NCBI GenBank assembly: GCA_050011535.1
Contig: JBEKIX010000005.1
Coordinates: forward strand, 1,347-65,346
Reading direction: 5' to 3'
Source: Acidobacteriota bacterium
Lineage (GTDB): Bacteria; Acidobacteriota; UBA6911
DNA: 64,000 nt
The notes under the pieces are model-generated. The model saw nothing but the letters and a program-made list of their open reading frames with translations, did no database searches and had not been told where the DNA came from. Made by a program: the position numbers and the translations under genes. This document shows positions 20,173 to 28,995 of the stretch, piece after piece (the stretch's first letter is position 1; each line of letters begins with the position of its first letter).

Positions 20173-21411
20173 ATGATCCACACGGCCGACATGCGGCACG
20201 CGCTCGACAACTTGCGCATTCACAAGCTGCGCAGCTTCCTCACCATGCTCGGCATGATCTTCGGGGTCGGCGCTGTGATCGCCATGCTGTCCATTGGGGC
20301 CGGCGCCGAGAGCGAGAGTCTGAATATCATCGATGCCATGGGCCTCAGAAACATCATCATCCGGGACCGCGAGATCAAGGACGAGAATTTGAAGAAGGTG
20401 CGCGAGGAATCTCTCGGCCTCTCCTTGAGGGACGTGGAATCAATTCTGGCGGTGACTCCCGACACCACTGGATATTCTGCCAGGAAGCGAATCAAGACCT
20501 ATCAGATCTTTTCTTTCACGGGCCGGTGTGACGATGCGAACGTTGTCGGCGTCAGCCCATCGCATTTCCGTCTGGCGCGCTATGACCTGGCGGAAGGGAG
20601 CTTGTTCACGGATGTCGATGCCAGAGGCTACGAGCAGTACTGCGTCATTGGTTCCGCCGTGCGAAGGAAGTTGTTCGGATATCTGCCGGCCATCGGACAG
20701 GCGATCAAGATCGACGACAAATGGTTCGTCGTGACCGGTGTGCTGGAAGATCGCAATCTTGCCAAGAGCGAGTTCGAAGGGATCAAGATTCAGGATTTCA
20801 GCAACGACATCTATATTCCCCTGGCGACGGCGCTCAAGAAGCTCGAGCTCAAGAGGCTGGAATCGGAACTGGATGAAGTTGTGGTCAGCATCAAGAACGT
20901 CGCCGCGCTCAAGGCGAGTGCGGCGCTGATCAGCCGAATACTGGAGACAACTCACGGGAAGGCGGACGACTATTCGATCATCGTGCCTTGGGAACTGTTG
21001 GAGCAGAACCGGAGCACCCAGCGGATTTTCAATATCGTCATGAGCTGCATCGCCGGCATCTCGCTGCTCGTGGGGGGCATCGGCATCATGAACATCATGC
21101 TCGCGAATATCCTCGAAAGGACCCGTGAAATCGGCATACGCCGCGCCGTCGGCGCGCGCAAGCGCGACATTTCGGTGCAGTTTTTAATCGAGGCGCTCGT
21201 GATCGCCTTCGTGGGAGGCCTGATCGGCATCCTGTTCGGGTTCGGGGTATCCAAGGGCGTAGCTCTGTACGCAGGGTGGAGCACCCTTGTGACCTGGACC
21301 TCAATTATTTCGTCTTTCGGTGTCTCCGCCGCCGTCGGCCTCGTGTTCGGCCTCTATCCCGCCATGCGTGCGGCCCGTCTTGACCCTGTCGAAGCGTTGC
21401 GATATGAATGA
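20173..21411 (+). CDS. ABC transporter permease, FtsX/MacB-type, without an ATPase domain
   Basis: MacB-like N-terminal TM, a large periplasmic domain and the C-terminal FtsX 3-TM bundle (ILERTREIGIRRAVGARKRDI). No Walker motifs. Confidence 0.85.
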   Translation: MIHTADMRHALDNLRIHKLRSFLTMLGMIFGVGAVIAMLSIGAGAESESLNIIDAMGLRNIIIRDREIKDENLKKVREESLGLSLRDVESILAVTPDTTGYSARKRIKTYQIFSFTGRCDDANVVGVSPSHFRLARYDLAEGSLFTDVDARGYEQYCVIGSAVRRKLFGYLPAIGQAIKIDDKWFVVTGVLEDRNLAKSEFEGIKIQDFSNDIYIPLATALKKLELKRLESELDEVVVSIKNVAALKASAALISRILETTHGKADDYSIIVPWELLEQNRSTQRIFNIVMSCIAGISLLVGGIGIMNIMLANILERTREIGIRRAVGARKRDISVQFLIEALVIAFVGGLIGILFGFGVSKGVALYAGWSTLVTWTSIISSFGVSAAVGLVFGLYPAMRAARLDPVEALRYE

Positions 21412-21540
21412 GTTGCTCTACCGACTCATCACGATCAATCAGATGTGCTTCAATAATGAATTCAAGGCTGTAGGTTCTCCGCAATGCAGAAATGTTTTAT
21501 AGGATCGGGGGGATAGGCTGCGCCTTCACTCGTCTTCCTT

Positions 21541-21687
21541 ATGAATGCGATTGACGTGACTTCCTATGACGCCGCCTATCACTCCGTGGCGCTCAAGCAC
21601 AGGGGAACCTACGTGTCTGCCGACGACAAATATGTCCGCAAGGCCCTCTCCATCGGACATGTCATCGCGTTGAGAGATTGGAAATGA
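21541..21687 (+). pseudogene. C-terminal remnant of a PIN-domain (VapC-like) toxin
   Basis: The 48-aa ORF ends ...DAAYHSVALKHRGTYVSADDKYVRKAL, matching the conserved C-terminal third of PIN nucleases. No N-terminal part or antitoxin is present. It sits in a locally low-GC patch (21412-21540). Confidence 0.45.
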
Positions 21688-21734
21688 GACTACTGCATCG
21701 AGGTAGACACGATACGTCAGTGACTGAGGCGGCG

Positions 21735-22490
21735 ATGCCGGTTGGCTCGCCGTACCGCTTGCTTGCCGAATATTACGATCGCCTGTTTGGATTCGGAATC
21801 CCGTGGTCTGAAGCCGCGCGCGCAAAGTTGTTGGGTCACATTCTGCCGCGGGTCCAGGCTGCGTGCGATCTGGCGTGCGGGACGGGAACGACAGCGGTTG
21901 CGCTGGCCCGCGACGGCATCAAGATGTATGCCGTCGATCTCTCGCCGACGATGTGCCGCCTCGCCCGGCAAAAAGCCGAGAAGGCAGGTGTGTCCCTGCG
22001 CGTCCTGCGCGCGGATATGCGAACCTTCAAACTTCCAGAGCCTGTGGATTTGGTTCTCTGCGAATTTGACGCGATCAACCACGTGCCGCGCACGGCCGAC
22101 CTGGGCCTGGTGGCCGCCTCGGCGGCGCGCGCGCTCCGGGCAGGCGGATACTTTTATTTCGACGTGAACACACGCCTCGCCTTCAAGAAGCTCTGGCCAA
22201 GGGCATGGTGGATGGAGCAGCCGGACTTTGCGCTTGTGCTGCACGGCGGTTACGATCGGGCGCGCGACAAAGCCTGGACCCACGCGGAGTGGTTCTTCCG
22301 CGAGGGCTGTTATTGGCGGCGGCGGAAGGAGCGCGTCGAAGAAGTCTGCTGGAACGCTAGCGAGATCCGGAGGGTGCTGTTGAAAGCTGGGTTTGAGCGG
22401 ATTCGCGCGTTTGACGGCACACCGTTTCTGCGACACTCCCCCGGAATGCGTCGCGGTTGTCGGACGTTTTACCTGGCCCGCAAAGGATAA
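21735..22490 (+). CDS. class I SAM-dependent methyltransferase
   Basis: DLACGTGTTAVALA (motif I) and VDLVLCEFDAINHV (motif II/III). The start is ambiguous between 21678 and 21735. Confidence 0.8.
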   Translation: MPVGSPYRLLAEYYDRLFGFGIPWSEAARAKLLGHILPRVQAACDLACGTGTTAVALARDGIKMYAVDLSPTMCRLARQKAEKAGVSLRVLRADMRTFKLPEPVDLVLCEFDAINHVPRTADLGLVAASAARALRAGGYFYFDVNTRLAFKKLWPRAWWMEQPDFALVLHGGYDRARDKAWTHAEWFFREGCYWRRRKERVEEVCWNASEIRRVLLKAGFERIRAFDGTPFLRHSPGMRRGCRTFYLARKG

Positions 22491-22569
22491 AGCGAAATCG
22501 GGACAAGTGGGTCGTATCTTTCATTTTCCTTTCAACGTTTTCACAATCGCTTGAGTCTATAGTAGGTAG

Positions 22570-23232
22570 ATGGCAGTTCTTGAGCAGGATCCGCAGATGC
22601 TTCTTGGTGAAGCAGGCGCCCTACAGATTGCGGGAGAGAATCCGCTGACGATACGAGACGAATCCGACGCCTCGTCGGTCGCCAGGAATCTCGTCCTGCG
22701 CGCACAGGCGGGCAAACCCTATGCCTTCGAGCAGCTGATGGTTTGCTGCGAGAGGCAGGTGTTGTGCACGGCGACCCGGATTCTGCATCGATCCGAGGAT
22801 GCCAAAGATGCGGCGCAGGAAGTTTTTCTTAAGCTTCATCGGTACCTGCCGCGGATCAAGCCCGAGGCCGTGCGGACCTGGCTCTACCGGGTTACAGTCA
22901 CTGTCTGCAGTGACATGGCGAAAAAGAGCTCGCGAGTCCCGACGAGCAGTTTGGAGGACGAGCCGGCCAGAGAAGGGACGTCCGTTGCGGATGAGCAGAG
23001 AATCGAAGCGGGCATCAACCTGGAAGAACAGCGAGCTATTCTGCAGGATGCTTTGCGAGCACTTCCGTTCAAGGAGAGAGCCGCTCTGGTGTTGCGCGAC
23101 ATCGAAGGGCTGAGCACCGAGGAAGCGGCGCGAATCCTGGGTAGTTCCGCGGCGACTGTACGTTCCCAGATCTCGACCGCCCGCGTAAAGGTGAGGCATT
23201 ACTGCGAGCGCGCCATGGAGAGAACAAGATGA
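22570..23232 (+). CDS. RNA polymerase ECF-type sigma-70 factor
   Basis: Region 2 (AFEQLMVCCERQVLCTATRILHRSEDAKDAAQEVF) and region 4 HTH (LRDIEGLSTEEAARILGSSAATVRSQ). Confidence 0.9.
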   Translation: MAVLEQDPQMLLGEAGALQIAGENPLTIRDESDASSVARNLVLRAQAGKPYAFEQLMVCCERQVLCTATRILHRSEDAKDAAQEVFLKLHRYLPRIKPEAVRTWLYRVTVTVCSDMAKKSSRVPTSSLEDEPAREGTSVADEQRIEAGINLEEQRAILQDALRALPFKERAALVLRDIEGLSTEEAARILGSSAATVRSQISTARVKVRHYCERAMERTR

Positions 23233-23897
23233 TGGGGCATGTTGAGGAAGAAAAGATCGCGTTGCTTGCAGGGGGCGATCTGAAGGCAAAAGAAGCGAAT
23301 GATCTTGCCGGACACATTGCCACATGCCCGGCCTGCTCGGCCAGACTGAGAAGTTATCAAGAAGGGCGCATGGCCTTCGCGTCACTCCGTGACGCAGGCA
23401 TCGGTGAGAGCGATTTCAATCAAGTCCGCCGGTCTGTGCTTTGTCGGCTGAAGGAAAAAAGAGCGCCTCGCTTTTGGCTGGGAGCGCCGCTGCAATGGGG
23501 CGCTTTGGCCGCCGCAATCGTTATGGTCGTGGTAATGTTTGCGTGGTGGCGAATCAGGATGCCTGCCGTCCACATTTCGAATACCTACGATTCTGGCAGC
23601 GCTATTACGTCCAAACACATTCCTGAGATTCCAAAGGCTATCGTCGGTGAGAACGTGAAACCACCGGCACAGGATATAAAGCATCCCAGGCTTGCTGCAA
23701 ACACGGCGACGCTATCGTCTACAAAGGTTCATGCGCCGCAATCCAGCGGGCAACCTGCATTCGCGCAGATTGATCCAAGCCTTGTTGCGCCGGCAGAGTC
23801 GAAGCCTGTCCTTGACCGCATCGCTATTAAGCTGGAAACACCAGATCCGAATGTAATCATCATCTGGCTTGCCAGCTCAGAGGAGAAGATAAAATGA
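23229..23897 (+). CDS. anti-sigma factor, zf-HC2 type, single-pass membrane protein
   Basis: HIATCPACSARL zinc-finger motif, one TM (AAIVMVVVMFAWW), ATGA overlap with the sigma factor gene. Confidence 0.8.
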   Translation: MMGHVEEEKIALLAGGDLKAKEANDLAGHIATCPACSARLRSYQEGRMAFASLRDAGIGESDFNQVRRSVLCRLKEKRAPRFWLGAPLQWGALAAAIVMVVVMFAWWRIRMPAVHISNTYDSGSAITSKHIPEIPKAIVGENVKPPAQDIKHPRLAANTATLSSTKVHAPQSSGQPAFAQIDPSLVAPAESKPVLDRIAIKLETPDPNVIIIWLASSEEKIK

Positions 23898-24673
23898 CAC
23901 GTAAATCTATTTGGCTGGTCGCGATCTTGGCAATGTTTTGCTTTGGATCAATATCGGGGTACGCGCAAGAGGTGAAACTGGGAGACACGGTCACAAGGCT
24001 CGTAAAGGTCGAATATGTAAACCCGGAGGATCTTGCCAAAGTTTTACAGCCGTTTGCTTCGTCAGGACATGCGATCGTGATTGCCAGTAGGGTCCTGAAG
24101 ACGTTGACCCTTTCGGGAAACGCTGATGTCGTTGATGCCATGGAACAGATCGTGCGGCAGCTTGATGAAGAGCCTCCTGCGCCCAAGGCGCCTCGGGACA
24201 TTGAGACCATTGCCTACCTGCTAGTGGCCTCCGACGCGGCGGGTCCTGACCAGAGCATGCCTGCGCAGCTCGAGCCTGTTCTGAAACAGCTCCGTTCGAC
24301 GTTTAGTTACAAGTCTTACAAGCTGCTGGACACGATTGTCCTTCGCAGTCGCGAGAGGGAGAGTGCGTCGACCTCTGGGGTCGTTTCTTTACTTGGCGAG
24401 TCGACCAAGGGTGTGTCGTACGGCTTCGCATATAGCACCGCTGGTCTGGAAGAGACAGGCGACACCATCCGTTTTGACAAGTTGTCCTTGAACTTGAATT
24501 TTCCGGCCGAGACCATAAATTCCGACGGAAAACCGCTTCCCTATAATGACAGAAGAGGATTCAGTACTTCGCTTGACCTCCGCATGGGCCAGATGGCCGT
24601 CGTGGGAAAGTCGAATTTTGAGGTAGGCAACAACGCTCTGATCACCGTCATCACCGCCAAAATCGTCAATTGA
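23894..24673 (+). CDS. secreted Secretin_N-like domain protein (possible minimal secretin or periplasmic signalling component)
   Basis: Signal peptide, then VKVEYVNPEDLAKVLQPF ... VLKTLTLSGNADVVDAMEQIVRQLD, which resembles the secretin N / STN short domain. ATGA overlap with the anti-sigma gene places it in the same operon. Confidence 0.55.
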   Translation: MTRKSIWLVAILAMFCFGSISGYAQEVKLGDTVTRLVKVEYVNPEDLAKVLQPFASSGHAIVIASRVLKTLTLSGNADVVDAMEQIVRQLDEEPPAPKAPRDIETIAYLLVASDAAGPDQSMPAQLEPVLKQLRSTFSYKSYKLLDTIVLRSRERESASTSGVVSLLGESTKGVSYGFAYSTAGLEETGDTIRFDKLSLNLNFPAETINSDGKPLPYNDRRGFSTSLDLRMGQMAVVGKSNFEVGNNALITVITAKIVN

Positions 24674-25030
24674 CCTCTTGCTGCTGTGCCGCGCCTTCGG
24701 CGCTCCTTTCAGAGGCACGCGCAATTCCCGGCCTGACGGCCGGGCCTATTTATTGCCGGCCCTTCGGGCCTCATCGTGAATTGAATCAGATGGGCGCTAT
24801 CGCAATGTCGTCTTCCGGAAGCTCGGCCAATCCGAATGCTTCGCGGCATACGCTGATGGCCGCAAGCCCAGGCGCGAAGCGCCGGCAATGAATAGCCCCG
24901 CGCGTGAGCGCGGGGTTAGGGAGATTTTTGCGACGAGGCCCAAAGGGCCGGCACAATATTTTCGCCTACGTCTAGGCCCGCAATGACCGTAGAAGGTGCA
25001 GGGCAACCCACCGCACCCCAAAGGCTCTGC

Positions 25031-26062
25031 TCATTTTCGAATCAAGCGGAGGGCCCAGCGGATGGCGGCGATCATGCTGTCGGGGCGCGCGCAGCCTTGT
25101 TCGGCGATGTCATAAGCCGTGCCATGATCCACGGAAGTGCGGACAAACGGCAGGCCCAGCGTGACATTCACGGCTTCCCCAAAAGCGAGCAGTTTGATCG
25201 GCGCCAATCCCTGGTCGTGATAGAGCGCCAGCACGGCATCAAAATCGCCCTGCGCCGCGCGATAGAAGAGCGTGTCGGCGGGCACCGGGCCTTCAATCGT
25301 GACCTCGCGGAAACGAGCGCGCGCCCAGGCAAGAGCCGGCTCGATCTGCTCGATCTCTTCGCGGCCCAGCAGGCCGGCCTCGCCCGCGTGCGGGTTCAAT
25401 CCGGCTACGGCAATCTTGCGGCACGGCAGCCCTAACCGAGGAAACTCCTCGATGATCGTCGCCAGCTTCTCCTGGATGAGTTCCGGAGTAATGCGTTCGA
25501 TAGCCGCGCGCAACGGAAGGTGAATGGTCGCCAGCACCACCTTGAGCCGGTCGCACAGAAACGCCATCGCAAAGCGCGACGCGCCCGAGAGGTGCGCCAG
25601 ATACTCCGTGTGCCCCGGGAAAGCATATCCGGCTTCATGGAAGAACTTCTTGTTCAGCGGCGCCGTCACCATGGCATCCAGACATCTGCTCAGACAGGCA
25701 CGCGCGCATGCCTCGATATTTCTCGCGGCAGCCTCGCCGCTTGCCCGCGAACCGCGGCCAACAATAATCTGCTCCCGCTGCGCGGGAACATCGACGAACG
25801 CACGTTCAGGCAGAGCCGGCGATGAATGCAAACTCTCCAAAGATATCGGATCGAAGTCGAAAGAAATTCCCAGGCGCGCCGCGCGGGAGCGCAGAATCTC
25901 CGCATCGCCGAAGAGCACGAGGCGGCAACGCTCCCGCAGTTCGGGGTCCAGCGCCGCTTGCAGAGAGACTTCCGGACCTATGCCTGCAGGATCTCCGGTG
26001 GTGATGCCCAGCCTCGGGGATGCAAATTGGTAGGATTCAGCGTGCAGTGTCATTCCCTCCAA
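25031..26062 (-). CDS. pdxA: 4-hydroxythreonine-4-phosphate dehydrogenase
   Basis: GITTGDPAGIGPE N-terminus and the HTEY / NPHAGE / DHGTAYDIA metal-site motifs of PdxA. Confidence 0.92.
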   Translation of the reverse strand: MEGMTLHAESYQFASPRLGITTGDPAGIGPEVSLQAALDPELRERCRLVLFGDAEILRSRAARLGISFDFDPISLESLHSSPALPERAFVDVPAQREQIIVGRGSRASGEAAARNIEACARACLSRCLDAMVTAPLNKKFFHEAGYAFPGHTEYLAHLSGASRFAMAFLCDRLKVVLATIHLPLRAAIERITPELIQEKLATIIEEFPRLGLPCRKIAVAGLNPHAGEAGLLGREEIEQIEPALAWARARFREVTIEGPVPADTLFYRAAQGDFDAVLALYHDQGLAPIKLLAFGEAVNVTLGLPFVRTSVDHGTAYDIAEQGCARPDSMIAAIRWALRLIRK

Positions 26063-26155
26063 AGAAAAAGGGACATGCCAATTTCCCGGCCGAACTGTCC
26101 CTCTGCGTAAGTCGGCGGAAAATCAGAAATGTCCCTTTCCTTTCCGATGTCCTTG

Positions 26156-26494
26156 CTATTCCAAGTCTACGTCATCGGGCTCCTGATCGGGTTCCTGATC
26201 TTCATTCTGCTTGTACATGTACTTGATCACATGTTTGAGAATCAAGAGATTGGGCCCGTCCTGTCTGTGTACCTTGATGCAGCTGCGATCGTACCACTCG
26301 ATAACCCCGCGAATCTCCTCGCCGTCAAGCAGCTTCACGACCATTGGAGTCTTGGCCGCCATCTGCTTGATGTAATAATAATTCTCAGCATTAGTCAGTT
26401 CCGGCGGCACCCGCTTGCGCGGCGCGGCGCCGTATCGCGGCATCTGGTCCTTGATTTCAGATAGGCTTGGGCGGATCAATTTACGATTGACCAT
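26156..26494 (-). CDS. Sm-like (Hfq-like) RNA-binding protein with an acidic C-terminal tail
   Basis: [26 protein letters not shown] (Sm1-like) and [12 protein letters not shown] (Sm2-like, KH.I) align with Hfq Sm motifs. The C-terminus is [26 protein letters not shown]. Confidence 0.55.
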   Translation of the reverse strand: MVNRKLIRPSLSEIKDQMPRYGAAPRKRVPPELTNAENYYYIKQMAAKTPMVVKLLDGEEIRGVIEWYDRSCIKVHRQDGPNLLILKHVIKYMYKQNEDQEPDQEPDDVDLE

Positions 26495-26733
26495 AAATGC
26501 TTCCTCCCATGGAGGCTTCATAAATCCCTGGCATTATCAAATATATTCCAAAGAAACGCGCCAATTCACAGTTTGGAATCGAATGCGATTGGGTTTTTTC
26601 GGAAATGCCGAATTGGTAGAATGATAGCGGACGGCCGGACTTTTGACAAGGGGAAATTAATCCGTCGGGCATCGTCATGCATTGATAATCCAAGACTTAG
26701 GTCAAGCCCAGCCATGCGGGAACAGGAGGATAC

Positions 26734-27171
26734 ATGTTTCATATCGTGAGATTTTCCCCGCGCCTGATCTTAAGCGCGTTGGTCATTACCGGCATCGGAA
26801 TTGCCCAGGAGCTTCCCAAGAAGCCGCCGGTACTCATTCGGGACACCGACGTAGCAGAGGGAAAAACGGATGCCGAGACCGCCAAGAAAAAAGAGTACAG
26901 TCCTGTCAAGGCGCAAGCGGACTTAAAGGTCGGCGACTACTACTACAAGCAGGGGAATTATGCAGCGGCTATCAGTCGCTACCAGGAAGCCATCGAGTAT
27001 CAACCAAGCCTGGTCGAGGCTTTCGAAGGACTTGGCCGAACCTACGAAAAAAAGGGAGATAAAGAAAAAGCCCTCGCTGTCTACAAGAGTTTCCTGAAAA
27101 ACTTTCCGGACTCTCCAAAAGCGCAGGAGTTCCAGACCCTGTGCGCCAAACTCGAAAAAAAGAAGCAATGA
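26734..27171 (+). CDS. tetratricopeptide-repeat protein (secreted or lipoprotein)
   Basis: Signal peptide plus TPR motifs (GDYYYKQGNYAAAISRYQEAIEYQP; AFEGLGRTYEKKGDKEKALAVY). Confidence 0.7.
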   Translation: MFHIVRFSPRLILSALVITGIGIAQELPKKPPVLIRDTDVAEGKTDAETAKKKEYSPVKAQADLKVGDYYYKQGNYAAAISRYQEAIEYQPSLVEAFEGLGRTYEKKGDKEKALAVYKSFLKNFPDSPKAQEFQTLCAKLEKKKQ

Positions 27172-27189
27172 GTCCTGAGCGCTGCGCGC

Positions 27190-28173
27190 TCAGGACTGTT
27201 GGAGGAGCAGCGCCTCGAGAGCGATCTGGCGGTTGAGGTTGAGCGGCAGCGTCGCACGAAGGTCCTTGATGGATTCAATAGCAGCCACCACTCGTTGATG
27301 CGATGCAGCCCGCGCAAGGTCCTTCAGCTCGGCGGCGATATCGACCTGACGCATTCGCTCCGGAGCAATTTGCGCATAGTAAACATCCTGCAGCAGAGTG
27401 GCCGCAATCTCCAGCCAAGGCGGAAATGATTCTTTGTCTTTGGAGATTCCGGCTGCCAGCGCGCTGCCTTGGGCAAAGCTTTCCCTGCGCAGAAGCAGTG
27501 AGATGAAGCGGAGCGCCTGGCGGCGCAGTTCCCGGTTTTCCGCAACGTCGAGCGCCAATGCCGTGCCCAGGCTGCCGTTGCTCAGCACGGCGGCCAGCCG
27601 GGCATCTTCCCGCGTGCGCGCCGCTTGCTGCACAAGATATTCCTCAATCAGGTTTTCGGGGATGGGCCCGAACTGCAGCAGGCGGGCGCGTGAGCGAATC
27701 GTTCCGAGGAGCGAGTACGGCTTGGCCGTCACCAGGATGAGGAAGGACTGGCTGGCCGGTTCTTCCAGAGTTTTCAGAAGGCAGTTCGCGCCTTCCTGGC
27801 GCATCTGATCGGCGCCGTTGAGAATTGCAAAACGGTAGCGCCCTTCGAAGGGCTGGAATGCGATCTCTTCAATCAAAGCGCGCACCTGATCGATTTTGAT
27901 GAAGGCGCCGTCCGGCTCGATCATCCGGACGTCCGGGTGTGTGCCGGCTCGGATCTTGCGGCAACTGCCGCATGAGCCACAGGCCGTGCCATCGCGCGGG
28001 CGCAGACAGTTCAGGTCTTGCGCCAAAAGGAGAGCGAGCGTCTTCTTTCCCACCCCTTGCGGGCCGGCGAAGATCAGCGCGTGAGGGAGGCGTTCCCGGT
28101 CGATTGCGCGCCGGAGGACTTCCAGAACGGGCCGGTTGCCCACGAAGGAATCGAAGCTCACGACAGATGTCAT
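27190..28173 (-). CDS. holB: DNA polymerase III subunit delta'
   Basis: HALIFAGPQGVGKKTLA P-loop-like motif, CGSCGSC zinc module and the LLKTLEEP sensor-1 motif. Start at MTSVVSF (28173); the longer ORF-track N-terminus is Arg-rich and non-coding in appearance. Confidence 0.9.
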   Translation of the reverse strand: MTSVVSFDSFVGNRPVLEVLRRAIDRERLPHALIFAGPQGVGKKTLALLLAQDLNCLRPRDGTACGSCGSCRKIRAGTHPDVRMIEPDGAFIKIDQVRALIEEIAFQPFEGRYRFAILNGADQMRQEGANCLLKTLEEPASQSFLILVTAKPYSLLGTIRSRARLLQFGPIPENLIEEYLVQQAARTREDARLAAVLSNGSLGTALALDVAENRELRRQALRFISLLLRRESFAQGSALAAGISKDKESFPPWLEIAATLLQDVYYAQIAPERMRQVDIAAELKDLARAASHQRVVAAIESIKDLRATLPLNLNRQIALEALLLQQS

Positions 28174-28207
28174 CAGAATAATCTCGATGAACGCAGGCGC
28201 GCGGCCG

Positions 28208-28864
28208 TCATCGCACTGACTCTCTTCCATTCCTGGAGCCGAACCAGGATTCGAGAAGCGGTTCGATGCGGGCGAACACCTCATCCGGGGTTCCCGCCGC
28301 ATCGATGATGCAGATGCGGCCCTTGGACGACTCCGCCAGCGCCAGATACGCGGCGCGCACGTCCCGGTGAAAGGAAAGGTCCTCGTCTTCAAATCGCCCT
28401 TCCGCGCCGGAGGATCCGTCGGACTGGTTGCGCGATCGGGCGCGCGCGAGTCCGATCTCCGGATCCAGATCAAGCAAAATGGTCTTGTCGGGTTCAGGGA
28501 TTGCGAGCAGCTGCGCCAGGCTCAGGACGGTCGCCGGGGGAATGCGCCGAGCGGCGCCCTGGTATGCGCGCGTGGCATCGTGGTATCGGTCCGATAGCAC
28601 GGTGACGCCCTGCCGCAAGGCAGGCTCAATCAGCTCGTGCAAGTGCTGATAGCGGTCCGCGAGATAGAGCAAAAGCTCGCTCACGGGCTCGCGCACCGGA
28701 CCTGCGGAATCAAGCAGGACTTGGCGCACGGCATTGCCGAAAGCGGTCCCTCCGGGCTCGCGCGTGCGCAGGCACAAAATGTTTTTGCGCTTGAGGTAGG
28801 CTTCGACGCGGCCGATCTGGATGCTCTTGCCGGACCCTTCAATCCCCTCGAACGTGATAAACAT
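28208..28864 (-). CDS. tmk: thymidylate kinase
   Basis: MFITFEGIEGSGKS P-loop and the DRY motif. Confidence 0.95.
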   Translation of the reverse strand: MFITFEGIEGSGKSIQIGRVEAYLKRKNILCLRTREPGGTAFGNAVRQVLLDSAGPVREPVSELLLYLADRYQHLHELIEPALRQGVTVLSDRYHDATRAYQGAARRIPPATVLSLAQLLAIPEPDKTILLDLDPEIGLARARSRNQSDGSSGAEGRFEDEDLSFHRDVRAAYLALAESSKGRICIIDAAGTPDEVFARIEPLLESWFGSRNGRESVR

Positions 28865-28995
28865 GTCGCGCCCTTGCCTGCGATGGGAAATACAAATAGA
28901 ATTCGCTCGGCATCGCGGTGCAGCACGCAGAGTAGCAAAACATCGGGTTGGGAAACAACTCTGAATCCTTGCGGCCGCGATCGAAATGGCAGCCT

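Noticed and set aside
24674-25060. Possible tRNA suggested by a TTCGAATC T-loop-like motif at about 25035
   Set aside because: No acceptor stem, D-arm or anticodon arm can be built around it, and it lies inside the pdxA 3' coding end. No tRNA or rRNA is evident anywhere in the window.
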